Below are positions 21,999 to 31,287 of a stretch of DNA of 64,000 nt, in pieces. This stretch comes from Firmicutes bacterium UBA5286 (GTDB taxonomy: Bacteria; Bacillota; Proteinivoracia; UBA4975). The position numbers were made by a program, and so were the translations under genes. The DNA lies in the NCBI GenBank assembly GCA_002408465.1, contig DHSM01000022.1, positions 81,555-145,554 on the forward strand, in the 5' to 3' direction. The first letter of the stretch is position 1, and each line of letters begins with the position of its first letter. Under the pieces are notes generated by a model. The model was not told the origin of the DNA. It ran no database searches and saw nothing but the letters and a program-made list of their open reading frames with translations.

Positions 21999-23021
21999 TT
22001 AGCCTCCCTCTGCCATAGGATCGACAACCAGCAACTCCGGCATCAATTCCCTTAAGCCCCCTACCAGCTGTCTGCCTGGCAGCCGCCGCCCCCGGGGGTC
22101 CACAGGGTTGACAGTGATGGCGATTAGGTTGATGGGCCGGATAACATTTACAGCCACCCGCCGCAACAAGCGCTGCCAGCGGCCGGGCTCGACAAAAATC
22201 CTTGTCCCGTCTTGGACAATAGCCTTAAGCCCTGGAACTTTCCAGCTTGCCTGCAAAAGCAGTTCTGCCAGGGGATCGCTTAACGCGCCCCCTACCAGCA
22301 GGCAGTTGTAATCAGGGCTAAGATAATCGGAAATTTCCGGCGGTGCATCTATGGCAGTAGTAAGGGGTATTGGCTTGACCTGGCCGTGCTGATTTTGCAC
22401 GCCGATTTTTCCCTGCTCCAGCAGCGCCAATCCCTGTTCGCCAAGGTTAGAAACGGCTGGAGTCATCAATACCCGAGCGGCGTTGACAGTGAGGCCCACT
22501 ACCTTTTGCACGTCCCTGCCAATTACCGCACCTGTGGCCAGAATCGCTGCATCGGTAACCGATGGGGCAGAAGCGGCAATTCTGTCGATAGCCCCGTCAG
22601 CAATGACCAGTTGGGCATAATCCTGCAACCTTGCAATTACTGCCCGAAGATCCCCGGTGCGTTCAGGACCGCTGACTTCAACGCTACCAGCTTCCCGCAC
22701 CCGGGCGATGACGATTTCCCCCAGGGCATTGTATATGCCGGTGGTGTCCAAAATTTCCAGGCGGGCAGTGCCTCTGCCCAAACTGGCAGTGGAGGTAGCC
22801 AGCACCGCCTTCTCTGGCAGGTAAATTGCCGGCTTGGGAAGAGCGCTGACAATGTCGGTGCTTTCACCATCCCGGCCGGTGGAAGTTAGACCAAGGGCAA
22901 TGCCGGCTTGAACCGCTCCTGCAACCAGGCAGTTTACCGTCACCGTCTTGCCTGTGTTTTTGCCCATTCCCACTACAGCAATTGACTGATGCCGGAGTGC
23001 CAGGGCAGTGAGATCATTCAC
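21999..23021 (-). CDS. P-loop NTPase of unknown function; second accessory gene between kamA and kamD
   Basis: 340 aa. N-terminal P-loop AVVGMGKNTGKT. Translationally coupled to kamA and the MutS-like gene (4-bp overlaps). No confident family. Confidence 0.45.
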   Translation of the reverse strand: MNDLTALALRHQSIAVVGMGKNTGKTVTVNCLVAGAVQAGIALGLTSTGRDGESTDIVSALPKPAIYLPEKAVLATSTASLGRGTARLEILDTTGIYNALGEIVIARVREAGSVEVSGPERTGDLRAVIARLQDYAQLVIADGAIDRIAASAPSVTDAAILATGAVIGRDVQKVVGLTVNAARVLMTPAVSNLGEQGLALLEQGKIGVQNQHGQVKPIPLTTAIDAPPEISDYLSPDYNCLLVGGALSDPLAELLLQASWKVPGLKAIVQDGTRIFVEPGRWQRLLRRVAVNVIRPINLIAITVNPVDPRGRRLPGRQLVGGLRELMPELLVVDPMAEGG

Positions 23022-24256
23022 TTGCGTCGCTTTCCCCGTTGCAAATTGTTGGGCTCCATGCTTATGCCCTGACCCTTAAGCAGTCCATGAACTCCCAGAG
23101 ACTCCTGGCAGTAAGCGCAATCGCTGCAGTCTGGAGATTGATAGTCTGCCGGCTGGGCATACGTAGCGATTACTCCTTCATAGTTGCGGAGCACCACCCG
23201 GTCGGGAGACTGGGAGATGAGATACTGAGGCATGACAGGAATTTTGCCGCCGCCGCCGGGGGCATCTACGACAAAAGTGGGAACAGCAAAGCCGGAGGTG
23301 TGGCCGCGCAGTCCTTCAATAATCTCTATGCCCTTGGACACGCTGGTGCGGAAGTGTTCAATTCCCTGTGACAAATCGCATTGGTAGATATAGTAAGGAC
23401 GGACTCGGTTTTTGACTAACGCGTGCACCAGGGCTTTCATGACCCCCAGGCAATCATTGACTCCCCGCAACAGAACTGACTGATTTCCAAGGGGGATTCC
23501 TGCATCAGCAAGCCTGGCCAAAGCCGCGGCTGCTTCTTCAGTCATCTCCCGGGGATGATTAAAGTGGGTATTTATCCAAATGGGATGATACTTTTTGAGC
23601 ATGTCAACCAGAGCGGGGGTAATACGCTGGGGCATAACCACCGGCGTTCTGGTGCCGATGCGAACAATTTCAACATGTTCGATTTTCCGCAAGCTTTTTA
23701 TGATCTCTTCCAGCTGGCTGTCGGAAATAAGCAGGCCGTCGCCGCCAGAAATCAGCACATCCCTGATCTGAGGAGTCTTGCGGATATAATCCAGGGCCTT
23801 TTCTATTTGCTCCCGGGGCAGCGCCCGGTCGTTTGTCCCTGCCATTCGGCGGCGGGTACAGTGCCGGCAGTACATCGAACACTGGTCAGTCACCAAAAAC
23901 AGGACCCTATCAGGATAGCGATGGGTAATCCCCGGGGCAGGAGAATCCAAATCTTCTGCCAGGGGATCCAACATATCCGAAGCCGACCGGATTAATTCCC
24001 GGCTGGTGGGAACAGCCTGACGGCGAATGGGACAAGCAGAGTCCTCAGGATCCATGAGGGAAGCGTAATAAGGAGTAATAGCCATGCGCAAACTACCCAA
24101 GCAACGGCGGATTCCTTCCTCTTCCTCAGGCGTCAGGTTGATGACTTGCTTTAGGGTTTCTACATCTGTAATCCGATTTTTTAGTTGCCAGTGCCAGTCA
24201 TTCCACTCCTCCGGCGTAACATTTTTAAATATGTCAATCCGTTTGTATGTGGACAA
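23018..24256 (-). CDS. kamA: Lysine 2,3-aminomutase (radical SAM)
   Basis: 412 aa. CSMYCRHCTRRR radical-SAM cluster motif. KamA-typical length and C-terminal Zn-cysteine region (CSDCAYC). Confidence 0.9.
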   Translation of the reverse strand: MSTYKRIDIFKNVTPEEWNDWHWQLKNRITDVETLKQVINLTPEEEEGIRRCLGSLRMAITPYYASLMDPEDSACPIRRQAVPTSRELIRSASDMLDPLAEDLDSPAPGITHRYPDRVLFLVTDQCSMYCRHCTRRRMAGTNDRALPREQIEKALDYIRKTPQIRDVLISGGDGLLISDSQLEEIIKSLRKIEHVEIVRIGTRTPVVMPQRITPALVDMLKKYHPIWINTHFNHPREMTEEAAAALARLADAGIPLGNQSVLLRGVNDCLGVMKALVHALVKNRVRPYYIYQCDLSQGIEHFRTSVSKGIEIIEGLRGHTSGFAVPTFVVDAPGGGGKIPVMPQYLISQSPDRVVLRNYEGVIATYAQPADYQSPDCSDCAYCQESLGVHGLLKGQGISMEPNNLQRGKRRK

Positions 24257-24270
24257 AATCTAGCCCCCCT

Positions 24271-25314
24271 TTATGCGTACAGCTTGCTGAACATCTCCCG
24301 CAGAACGCTGTTTTCCCGCAGTGTATTAATAGCAATCTCAGAATGGTCCTTGGTGTAACCGTTGCCGATGAGCATAGTCACGTCTTTGCCGATGCCCTCT
24401 GCGCCAAGAGCTGCGGCGGTAAAACTGGTGGCCATGCTGAAGAAATAGACCATGCCGCCGTCCTTGGTGGCCAAAATTGATGTCATTTCGGTGGCAGGAA
24501 TGTCAACACAGTTAATGGTCACGTCTGCCAAGGCGCCGTCAGTTGCCTCTTCAACCAATTTGAGAACAGCTACTGAATCCTTTGCATCACCGCGCAGGAT
24601 AACATCGGCCAGCCCGCTCTGCCGGACCCGCTCTGCCGCTCGATCCGAACGGCACAGGGCCATGACTTTGCCAGTGATGCCTGCCCGTTTCTTAGCCTCA
24701 TGGAGACAGAGGAGCCCGGATTTGCCGCCGCCGCCGATGATCAGCACTGTTTGGCCGGGGCCCACGATTTTGGCGGTTTGAGCAGGGGCGCCTGCTACGT
24801 CCAGCACTGCCAGGGCCAGCTTATCCGGCATGTCCTTAGGCAATTTCGCGTAGATGCCGCTTTCAAAGAGCACCGCTTTGGCCCGCACATCCACCTGGCA
24901 GGTAGCCGGATGCACTGCAAGAATTTCCTGGATGTTTAAGGGAGTCAGGGACAAAGAGACCATGCTGGCGACGCGGTCGCCCACTGCTAAATCTCGCTTG
25001 CCCTGCAAGGACTTACCGATTTCAGCCACCGACCCGATTAACATGCCGCCGGAACCGGTGACAGGATTATGCTGCTTCCCCCGCTTGGCAACAGTTTCCA
25101 AGATAATTTCGCCGATTTTCTCCGGGTCGCCTTTTGCCTGTTCCGAAATCTGCCTGAAGCTGGCTGCATCCACATTCAAAGTTTCAACATCGATGAGGAG
25201 TTCGTTGTCCCAAATCTCCATAGAGTTATCCAACTTCCATGCAGGTTGGGGCAAAGATCCCATTGGTTCAATAGTTCTGTGCGTTCCGTAACGATTTCCA
25301 CCTGTTTTTGTCAT
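24271..25314 (-). CDS. kdd: L-erythro-3,5-diaminohexanoate dehydrogenase (Kdd)
   Basis: 347 aa. Rossmann GGGGKSG motif, about Kdd size. First gene after the sigma-54 promoter in the lysine cluster. Assignment is by context plus family-like sequence. Confidence 0.7.
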   Translation of the reverse strand: MTKTGGNRYGTHRTIEPMGSLPQPAWKLDNSMEIWDNELLIDVETLNVDAASFRQISEQAKGDPEKIGEIILETVAKRGKQHNPVTGSGGMLIGSVAEIGKSLQGKRDLAVGDRVASMVSLSLTPLNIQEILAVHPATCQVDVRAKAVLFESGIYAKLPKDMPDKLALAVLDVAGAPAQTAKIVGPGQTVLIIGGGGKSGLLCLHEAKKRAGITGKVMALCRSDRAAERVRQSGLADVILRGDAKDSVAVLKLVEEATDGALADVTINCVDIPATEMTSILATKDGGMVYFFSMATSFTAAALGAEGIGKDVTMLIGNGYTKDHSEIAINTLRENSVLREMFSKLYA

Positions 25315-25325
25315 GAATGTCCCTC

Positions 25326-26711
25326 CTATTTCTTTACTTGCTCTATACTAATGCAAATTTCATGCCACTTGTGCTTTCGCAGCTTCCGCTGCAGAGTTTG
25401 TCTGGGGATGCCTAGTAAACTTGCGGCTTTGCTGATGTTATTTTCAGTAGTTTTCATTGTCCGGAAAATCATGTCCCTTTCCAGCCTATCCAGTTCCGGG
25501 CGCAATTTTTGTAAACCCCTAGGTTGGTGAAGATGCTCTGGCAAGTCTACAGTCTCAATCAGGCCCTCACTGCGGAAATTTAAGCAACTTTCAATGCAGT
25601 TGGACAGTTCCCGGATATTCCCTGGCCAGTGCCAGGCAGCAAGCATTCTTGCCGCCTCTGGAGCCACCCCCTCAACCCTGGTAGCGAGACTGGCGTTAAA
25701 CCGAGAAAGAAAATGTCTGCACAAAATGGGGATATCGATCTTTCGCTCCCGCAGAGGAGGCAACACCAAGACAACTACATTAAGCCGGTAATACAAATCC
25801 GGGCGCAGAGCCTCTTTGGGATTGGCAGCCATGGCGGCAATAATCCTGACATCCACTTTTCGTGTTCTGACATCCCCGAGCCGGCGCAACTCACCTGTCT
25901 CCAGCACCCGCAGCAGCTTGGCCTGGAGCTGATGGGGCATGGCATTGAGTTCGTCAAGAAACAAGGTTCCGCCGTTAGCCAGTTCAAACAGACCAGGCCT
26001 GTCCTGGGCGCCGGTAAAACTTCCCTTGACGCTGCCAAACAAAATGGCATCCAACAAGCCTTCCGGCAGAGCTGCACAGTTCTGGGCAATAAAAGGCCGG
26101 GCCCGGCGCAAACTTTCATTATGAATAGACTGAACCAGCAATTCTTTGCCTGTCCCAGTTTCTCCTACTACCATCACCGGCGAATCATTATGGGCGGCCA
26201 AGGCTCCCCGGGCCAGCACCTCCCGCAAAGCAGAGCTCTCGCCAATAATGTCGCTGAAGTGGTAAATTGCGCCTTGTTCCGCCCTGGCAGCAGGATCTTC
26301 GCTGTGCAGCCTACGGCGCAAGTCAATGACTTGTTCCGCCAGCTTCCGAATCCCTGATATATCCCGGGCCACCTCTACCGCCCCCAAGAGATTGCCCTCC
26401 TGCCCAAAAATGGGCAATGTGGTGTTGACAGTAGAAATTTCCACACCCTTGACATTGGTATAGACCTGTTGCTGATCGACAATGGGCTTGCCGGTGCGGG
26501 CCACCTTGAGCAAGGTGCTGGTTCCCCTGTCCAGGGAAGGGAAAATTTCCAGGACATGTTTGCCCAGCACCTCAGAGGGCTCCAATCCATCCATGATTGC
26601 CGCTGCAGCGTTATAGTATTTAGTTATACCGTTGGTGTCTACCATGTGTATGCCTTCGTTGCTGTGGCTAAGCACCACCTCAAGCAATGCATGTTCCAGT
26701 TGCATATTCAC
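25326..26711 (-). CDS. Sigma-54-dependent transcriptional activator (PAS sensor, AAA+ sigma-54 interaction domain, Fis-type HTH)
   Basis: 461 aa. N-terminal PAS. GETGTGKELLVQSIH Walker A, GAFTGA-like loop (GSFTGA), ELANGGTLFLDE, and a C-terminal HTH (AASLLGIPRQTLQRKL). Confidence 0.9.
   Translation of the reverse strand: MNMQLEHALLEVVLSHSNEGIHMVDTNGITKYYNAAAAIMDGLEPSEVLGKHVLEIFPSLDRGTSTLLKVARTGKPIVDQQQVYTNVKGVEISTVNTTLPIFGQEGNLLGAVEVARDISGIRKLAEQVIDLRRRLHSEDPAARAEQGAIYHFSDIIGESSALREVLARGALAAHNDSPVMVVGETGTGKELLVQSIHNESLRRARPFIAQNCAALPEGLLDAILFGSVKGSFTGAQDRPGLFELANGGTLFLDELNAMPHQLQAKLLRVLETGELRRLGDVRTRKVDVRIIAAMAANPKEALRPDLYYRLNVVVLVLPPLRERKIDIPILCRHFLSRFNASLATRVEGVAPEAARMLAAWHWPGNIRELSNCIESCLNFRSEGLIETVDLPEHLHQPRGLQKLRPELDRLERDMIFRTMKTTENNISKAASLLGIPRQTLQRKLRKHKWHEICISIEQVKK
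25352..25367 (-). promoter_or_regulatory. Sigma-54 (-24/-12) promoter TGGCATgaaatTTGCA driving kdd-kamA-...-kamE, embedded in the last codons of the activator gene
   Basis: The minus-strand sequence TGGCATGAAATTTGCA matches the consensus TGGCAC-N5-TTGCW with exact GG/GC spacing. It lies about 38-53 bp upstream of the kdd ATG (RBS AGGAGGG) and overlaps the 3' end of the EBP gene. Confidence 0.6.
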
Positions 26712-26761
26712 TCCTCCGCAGAGTTTTTTGCACCCTTTTGCCCAATAACGGGCAGCAGGGG

Positions 26762-26787
26762 CGGAAGAAAAGCAACCTTATGGTTGC
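26762..26787 (-). terminator. Intrinsic terminator of the pdaD-speE-speB operon (GCAACCauaaGGUUGC plus U-rich tail), overlapping the speB stop codon
   Basis: Perfect 6-bp palindrome gcaacc/ggttgc centred on the speB stop, followed on the minus strand by uuuucuucc. Confidence 0.45.
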
Positions 26788-27641
26788 CTGCCAAAGAGCA
26801 ATAGAGCCTCCCGCATAATCTTGGCCCCCAGGGCAGCGGAAATGTCAGTATGATCATGGGGGGCTAATTCCACCAAATCAAAGCCAACAACATTGCACTG
26901 CCCCAACAGCTGGAGGCCGGCCAGCAGCTCCCGGGGGCTGATGCCGCCGGCCTCGGGAGTGCCGGTTCCGGGAGCATAGGCTGGGTCCAGAGCATCCAGA
27001 TCCAGGGTGATATAGATCGGCCCAGTCAGCTCGTGGATTACCTGGGAGAGGGGCTGTAGAAATCTAAAAGGAAAAAGGCGTGTCCGCTGGCGGGAAAACT
27101 GGTGCTCTTCCCTGGTGGCAGAACGAATGGCAAACTGCCATATTTCCCCCAGGGGCAGCGTCCTAGCGGCAGCGCCAACCACCGTGGCATGGGAAAGGGT
27201 TTCTCCCAGCCACTCCTCCCGCAAATCAGCATGGGCGTCAATATGTACTAGAGTGAGCCCGGGAAAATACCGGGAAAAGACACGCAGGCAGGGGAGGGTA
27301 ACAAGATGATCCCCGCCCATGACAAAGGGGCGCTGTCCAGCCGCCAGCAGCTGACCCACCGCCTCTTGGATTATGTCCAGAGAGCGGGGAACATTGCCAA
27401 TAGGCAACAACAAGTCGCCAGCATCATAAAAGTCTAAGTCCTCAAGACTTTTTTCCAGCTGCAGGCTATAATCCTCCAGATTGTATGACATTCGCCGCAC
27501 AGCTTCCGGCCCGAATCTTGACCCAGGCCGAAAACTGGCGGTAAAATCCATGGGAGCGCCTAAGATTACATTTGCTGCCTGGGGACTGTCGCCGGCGCAG
27601 AAAAATTTCTGTCCTCTAAAACTGTCTTTGCCCCATTCCAT
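26778..27641 (-). CDS. speB: Agmatinase (arginase family)
   Basis: 287 aa. Arginase-family Mn ligands (GGDHLVT, DAHADL, DLDALDP). Confidence 0.85.
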   Translation of the reverse strand: MEWGKDSFRGQKFFCAGDSPQAANVILGAPMDFTASFRPGSRFGPEAVRRMSYNLEDYSLQLEKSLEDLDFYDAGDLLLPIGNVPRSLDIIQEAVGQLLAAGQRPFVMGGDHLVTLPCLRVFSRYFPGLTLVHIDAHADLREEWLGETLSHATVVGAAARTLPLGEIWQFAIRSATREEHQFSRQRTRLFPFRFLQPLSQVIHELTGPIYITLDLDALDPAYAPGTGTPEAGGISPRELLAGLQLLGQCNVVGFDLVELAPHDHTDISAALGAKIMREALLLFGRQP

Positions 27642-28474
27642 TATGGTCTGCTCAAAAGCTCTCGGACAAACTGGGGCAAGACAAAACAGCTGCGGTGCAG
27701 TTCAGGGGTGTAGTACTTACTGATAAAACCCGGATGCGGCTGGCGCTGATTGGTCAAGGGGTCATATTGTTTGGAGGCCAGGGTAAAGCTCCACAAACCG
27801 CTGGGATAAGTGGGAATACTGGCCAAATAGGTGTGAACCTTGGGGAATACTGCCTGCATGCCCTTATAGGCCCCCGCCAGAATCTCCTGATTGTAAAAAG
27901 GAGATTCAGTCTGAGCAACCATTATGCCGTCCGGTCTCAAAGCGGCGTATACAGCAGCGTAAAAATCTCTGGAGAAGAGGGCAACGGCAGGTCCCACCGG
28001 TTCGGTAGAATCCACTAGCACTATGTCAAATTCCCCTTTATGTTCCCTGAGATAAGCAAAGCCGTCTCCGATGTGGATTTCGACTTTGGGGTTTCCCAGG
28101 GCGCCGGCGATTTCCGGCAAAAATTTCCGGGATTGGGCGATTACTTCGCCGTCAATCTCGGCAAGAATTGCTTTTTCCACCTGGGGATGTTGCAACACTT
28201 CCCGAATGGCTCCGCCATCGCCGCCGCCAATTACAGCAACTTTCCTGGGACAAGGATGGGTGAAAAGGGCCGGGTGGCTAATCATTTCATGATAAACAAA
28301 CTCATCGGCAATGGTGGTCATAACCATGCCGTCCAGGACCAGCATTGGGCCAAAGGCTTCGGTGTCGATGATGGCCAAGTGCTGATAGGGGGTCTGGGCC
28401 GTTGTCAGAGTTTCTCTGACTTTACAGGATAGTCTGAGACTGGGAGTCTGTTCTTCGGTATACCAAAGTTCCAT
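27641..28474 (-). CDS. speE: Spermidine synthase
   Basis: 277 aa. LWYTE start, VLDG, IGGGDGG and DSTEP motifs of SpeE. Confidence 0.9.
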   Translation of the reverse strand: MELWYTEEQTPSLRLSCKVRETLTTAQTPYQHLAIIDTEAFGPMLVLDGMVMTTIADEFVYHEMISHPALFTHPCPRKVAVIGGGDGGAIREVLQHPQVEKAILAEIDGEVIAQSRKFLPEIAGALGNPKVEIHIGDGFAYLREHKGEFDIVLVDSTEPVGPAVALFSRDFYAAVYAALRPDGIMVAQTESPFYNQEILAGAYKGMQAVFPKVHTYLASIPTYPSGLWSFTLASKQYDPLTNQRQPHPGFISKYYTPELHRSCFVLPQFVRELLSRP

Positions 28475-28486
28475 TCTTGAGTCCTC

Positions 28487-28945
28487 CTAGTACCACAGGG
28501 CTACAGCGGCAAAGGCGCAGCCTATTCTTTCCACCACATGTTCGGTGGAAGCCAGTTTAACGTCCTTGAGGGCAAGGTCTCTGACGGCAAAAGCATTTTT
28601 CAGCATCTGGCGAATTTTCTCTTCCGCCTCTTCCCTGGTCCCCTTGGCGGCATATTCCATAATCACGCCAAAAGAATTTTCGCTAAAGCCAATGCCGACA
28701 CAGGCGGCGATTTTTTCCCCTTTTTTCTCGCTGATTACATACCCATAAGCAGTGGGCACAAGGGATCCCGGGGGAAGGACCAAATCCGGAACATAAATCG
28801 ATTCTGGGGGCAAAATGCTGCTGATTCTCAGCAAATTGACATTGCCTATTCCTGACGCCAAAAGAGCGTTGTCAAAGGAGTTCAGCAGAGTCTCGCCTTC
28901 GGCGCTGCCGGCAACTATCTTAAACTTTTTCGGTGTTGGTAGCAT
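28487..28945 (-). CDS. pdaD: Pyruvoyl-dependent arginine decarboxylase (PdaD)
   Basis: 152 aa. The conserved self-cleavage Ser-Ser site sits in LLRISSILPP. Upstream of speE-speB (arginine to agmatine to putrescine to spermidine). Confidence 0.7.
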   Translation of the reverse strand: MLPTPKKFKIVAGSAEGETLLNSFDNALLASGIGNVNLLRISSILPPESIYVPDLVLPPGSLVPTAYGYVISEKKGEKIAACVGIGFSENSFGVIMEYAAKGTREEAEEKIRQMLKNAFAVRDLALKDVKLASTEHVVERIGCAFAAVALWY

Positions 28946-29106
28946 TATTTATCCTCCTTATTAAACTAGAGCATAATTATACCAAAATCTGCGCAAGAGT
29001 AAATATGCTTTAGTCAGTTCCCGACAACTAAATTATAACATAGCCGCAACTTGCCATATTCCTTTATATCTTTTCTGGGATTCGGAATACTAAATACAGG
29101 CTTGTA

Positions 29107-31287
29107 ATGGGAGGTGTGGCATTTTTGCGCCCGCGAAAAATCAAAAGACTGTTAACTCTATTCGTCTTGATCCCCTTCATTTTCCTAATTGCCGGAGCCG
29201 TTTATTTTGTTTATACCTACTACAGCATCGACCTGGCCAGGCAGCTGGAGGAACCTTCCATTATCCTGGACAGGGATGGCAGGCAAGTGAGCAGGTATTC
29301 TTCAGAAATCCGCCAGGTGGTCAGCCTGGATGAAATCTCCCCTTTTCTGGTGGATGCCACATTGGCCATAGAGGACGCTAGGTTTTACCAACATTTTGGC
29401 CTGGATCCACGGGGCCTGGCCAGGGCTCTTTGGCATAATTTGCGTAAAGGGCGCGTTGTCGAGGGGGGGAGTACAATTACACAGCAGCTGGCAGAAAATG
29501 AGTATTTTCTCAGCGTCAGCGGTCCTGCCCGCAGCTTGGGGAAAAAAATCAAGGAGGCCGTCTATGCCATTAAATTAGAGCGCACCTATACTAAGAATGA
29601 AATTCTTGAGCGCTACCTAAACAGAATTTATTTTGGCCATGGGCGCTTTGGCGTAGAGGCCGCCGCCCAATACTATTTCGGCAAATCCGCCCGGGACGTG
29701 ACTCTTTCCGAGGCGGCGATGCTGGCAGGCATTCCCAACGCTCCTGCAATATATTCACTGCGGGACCATCCCGACAATGCCCACTCCCGCAGAAACCTGG
29801 TGCTGGCCCGTATGGAAGAGCTGGGTTATATTTCCGCCGACCAGCGACAGGAGGCTGAAGCGCAAGTGCTGGTTGCATCCCCGCCCCAGGAAAAGGCAGC
29901 CAGCGCCAGCCATTTTCGCCTGCGGGTAGAAAAGGAACTAAGGAAAGTTTTTTCGGATTTGTATCCCACAATGAGCGATAAAGAAATTACTAATCTCATC
30001 TATAACCAGGGGTTAACTATTCATACCACCCTGTCCCTGTCTGCCCAGGCGGCAGCAGAGCAGGTGATGACTGAAAGAGGTCAGGCCCTGCGGCAGCAAA
30101 ATTCCAACATTCAAGGCGCTTTTGTTGCCATTGACCCCGCCAGCGGCGGCATTATCGCCCTGGTTGAGAGCCTTGAGCTTACAGGCACATATCCCCGCGC
30201 TGATGCCAAGTACAATTTAGGCTCATCTTTCAAAGGAGTTTTGTATACCGCCGCCCTGGAAAACGGCTATACTGCCGCCAGCACTTTGCTTTGTGCCGAA
30301 ACAGCCTTTCCCAATCCCGGCGGCAAACCGGATCCTTATGTGCCCAGTGATTATGGCGACAGATATCATAACCGGGCCCTGCGCATTCGAGAAGCGCTGG
30401 AGGTCTCCTGCAATGTGGCAGCAGTGCGCATTGGCGTTGAAATGGGACTGGACAAATATCTTGCCCTGGCGGCAAGGCTCAACCCCCGCCTGGCACAGAA
30501 CAATATCGGCAACCCGGCGCATTTGCAGCTGCCGTTGGGGCCCATGGCTTCACCTATGAATCTGACACTTGTCTATGCCCCCTTCGCCAACGGAGGCTAT
30601 TCAGTGGAACCCTATGCCGTAACCGAAGTGCGGGACAGAGACGGGGCCGTCATCTACCAGGCCTGGCCCAAGAGGCAGCCAGTATTGGATCCCCAGCTGG
30701 CCTATATTGTCACCCATATGCTTAAGGGCGTTCAGGGCATTAGCCAGATCCCCTATGCAGCGGGGAAAACGGGAACCAGCGACAACCGAAATACCGTTTT
30801 TGTTGGTTTTACCACCGACATTGTGGCCACGGCGTTCTTCGGCTTTGACACTCCCGCTGAAGCTAGCTTTGTGGGCAGTGCCGCCGGAGTGGCCGCCCCG
30901 GCCTGGCGGGAGTTTGCTGCCCTCTACTATGGAGAGTCACCGCCTCATGATTTTGTCCGTCCGCCAGGAATTGAAGAAGCAGTAGTATGTTCAGTAACAG
31001 GGCAGCTGGCAACCTATCTATGCCCCGATTCCTATACAGAACTTTTTATGCCAGACACAGCTCCCAGGGAATACTGTCAGGAACATGCCGGTGAGACCAT
31101 CGAAATCTGTCAGTCCACCGGACTGCCCGCCAACCCGTTCTGTCCCCAAGAGCTGCGCATATCCGTGCAAAGAGAAGCCTGGATGCGCAATCTCCAGTGC
31201 TGGCTACATGGCCCTCCCCTTGAGCCGGCAGATGAGCAGGAGCCGACCCCGGAAGAGGAAGAGGAAGGAGAGGAAGAGACAGACTAG
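29107..31287 (+). CDS. Class A penicillin-binding protein (PBP1A: glycosyltransferase plus transpeptidase) with acidic C-terminal tail
   Basis: 726 aa. N-terminal TM, GT51 motifs (EDARFYQHFGLD, GGSTITQQL, RKIKEAV), transpeptidase SxxK/SxN/KTG motifs. C-terminal EEEEEGEEETD. An alternative TTG start with a GGAGG RBS lies 15 nt downstream. Confidence 0.9.
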   Translation: MGGVAFLRPRKIKRLLTLFVLIPFIFLIAGAVYFVYTYYSIDLARQLEEPSIILDRDGRQVSRYSSEIRQVVSLDEISPFLVDATLAIEDARFYQHFGLDPRGLARALWHNLRKGRVVEGGSTITQQLAENEYFLSVSGPARSLGKKIKEAVYAIKLERTYTKNEILERYLNRIYFGHGRFGVEAAAQYYFGKSARDVTLSEAAMLAGIPNAPAIYSLRDHPDNAHSRRNLVLARMEELGYISADQRQEAEAQVLVASPPQEKAASASHFRLRVEKELRKVFSDLYPTMSDKEITNLIYNQGLTIHTTLSLSAQAAAEQVMTERGQALRQQNSNIQGAFVAIDPASGGIIALVESLELTGTYPRADAKYNLGSSFKGVLYTAALENGYTAASTLLCAETAFPNPGGKPDPYVPSDYGDRYHNRALRIREALEVSCNVAAVRIGVEMGLDKYLALAARLNPRLAQNNIGNPAHLQLPLGPMASPMNLTLVYAPFANGGYSVEPYAVTEVRDRDGAVIYQAWPKRQPVLDPQLAYIVTHMLKGVQGISQIPYAAGKTGTSDNRNTVFVGFTTDIVATAFFGFDTPAEASFVGSAAGVAAPAWREFAALYYGESPPHDFVRPPGIEEAVVCSVTGQLATYLCPDSYTELFMPDTAPREYCQEHAGETIEICQSTGLPANPFCPQELRISVQREAWMRNLQCWLHGPPLEPADEQEPTPEEEEEGEEETD

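Noticed and set aside
26712-26777. Possible sigma-54 promoter (ttggcaggcaaccataaggttgc) upstream of the activator gene
   Set aside because: The GG/GC spacing is wrong for a -24/-12 element. The palindrome is better explained as the speB terminator.
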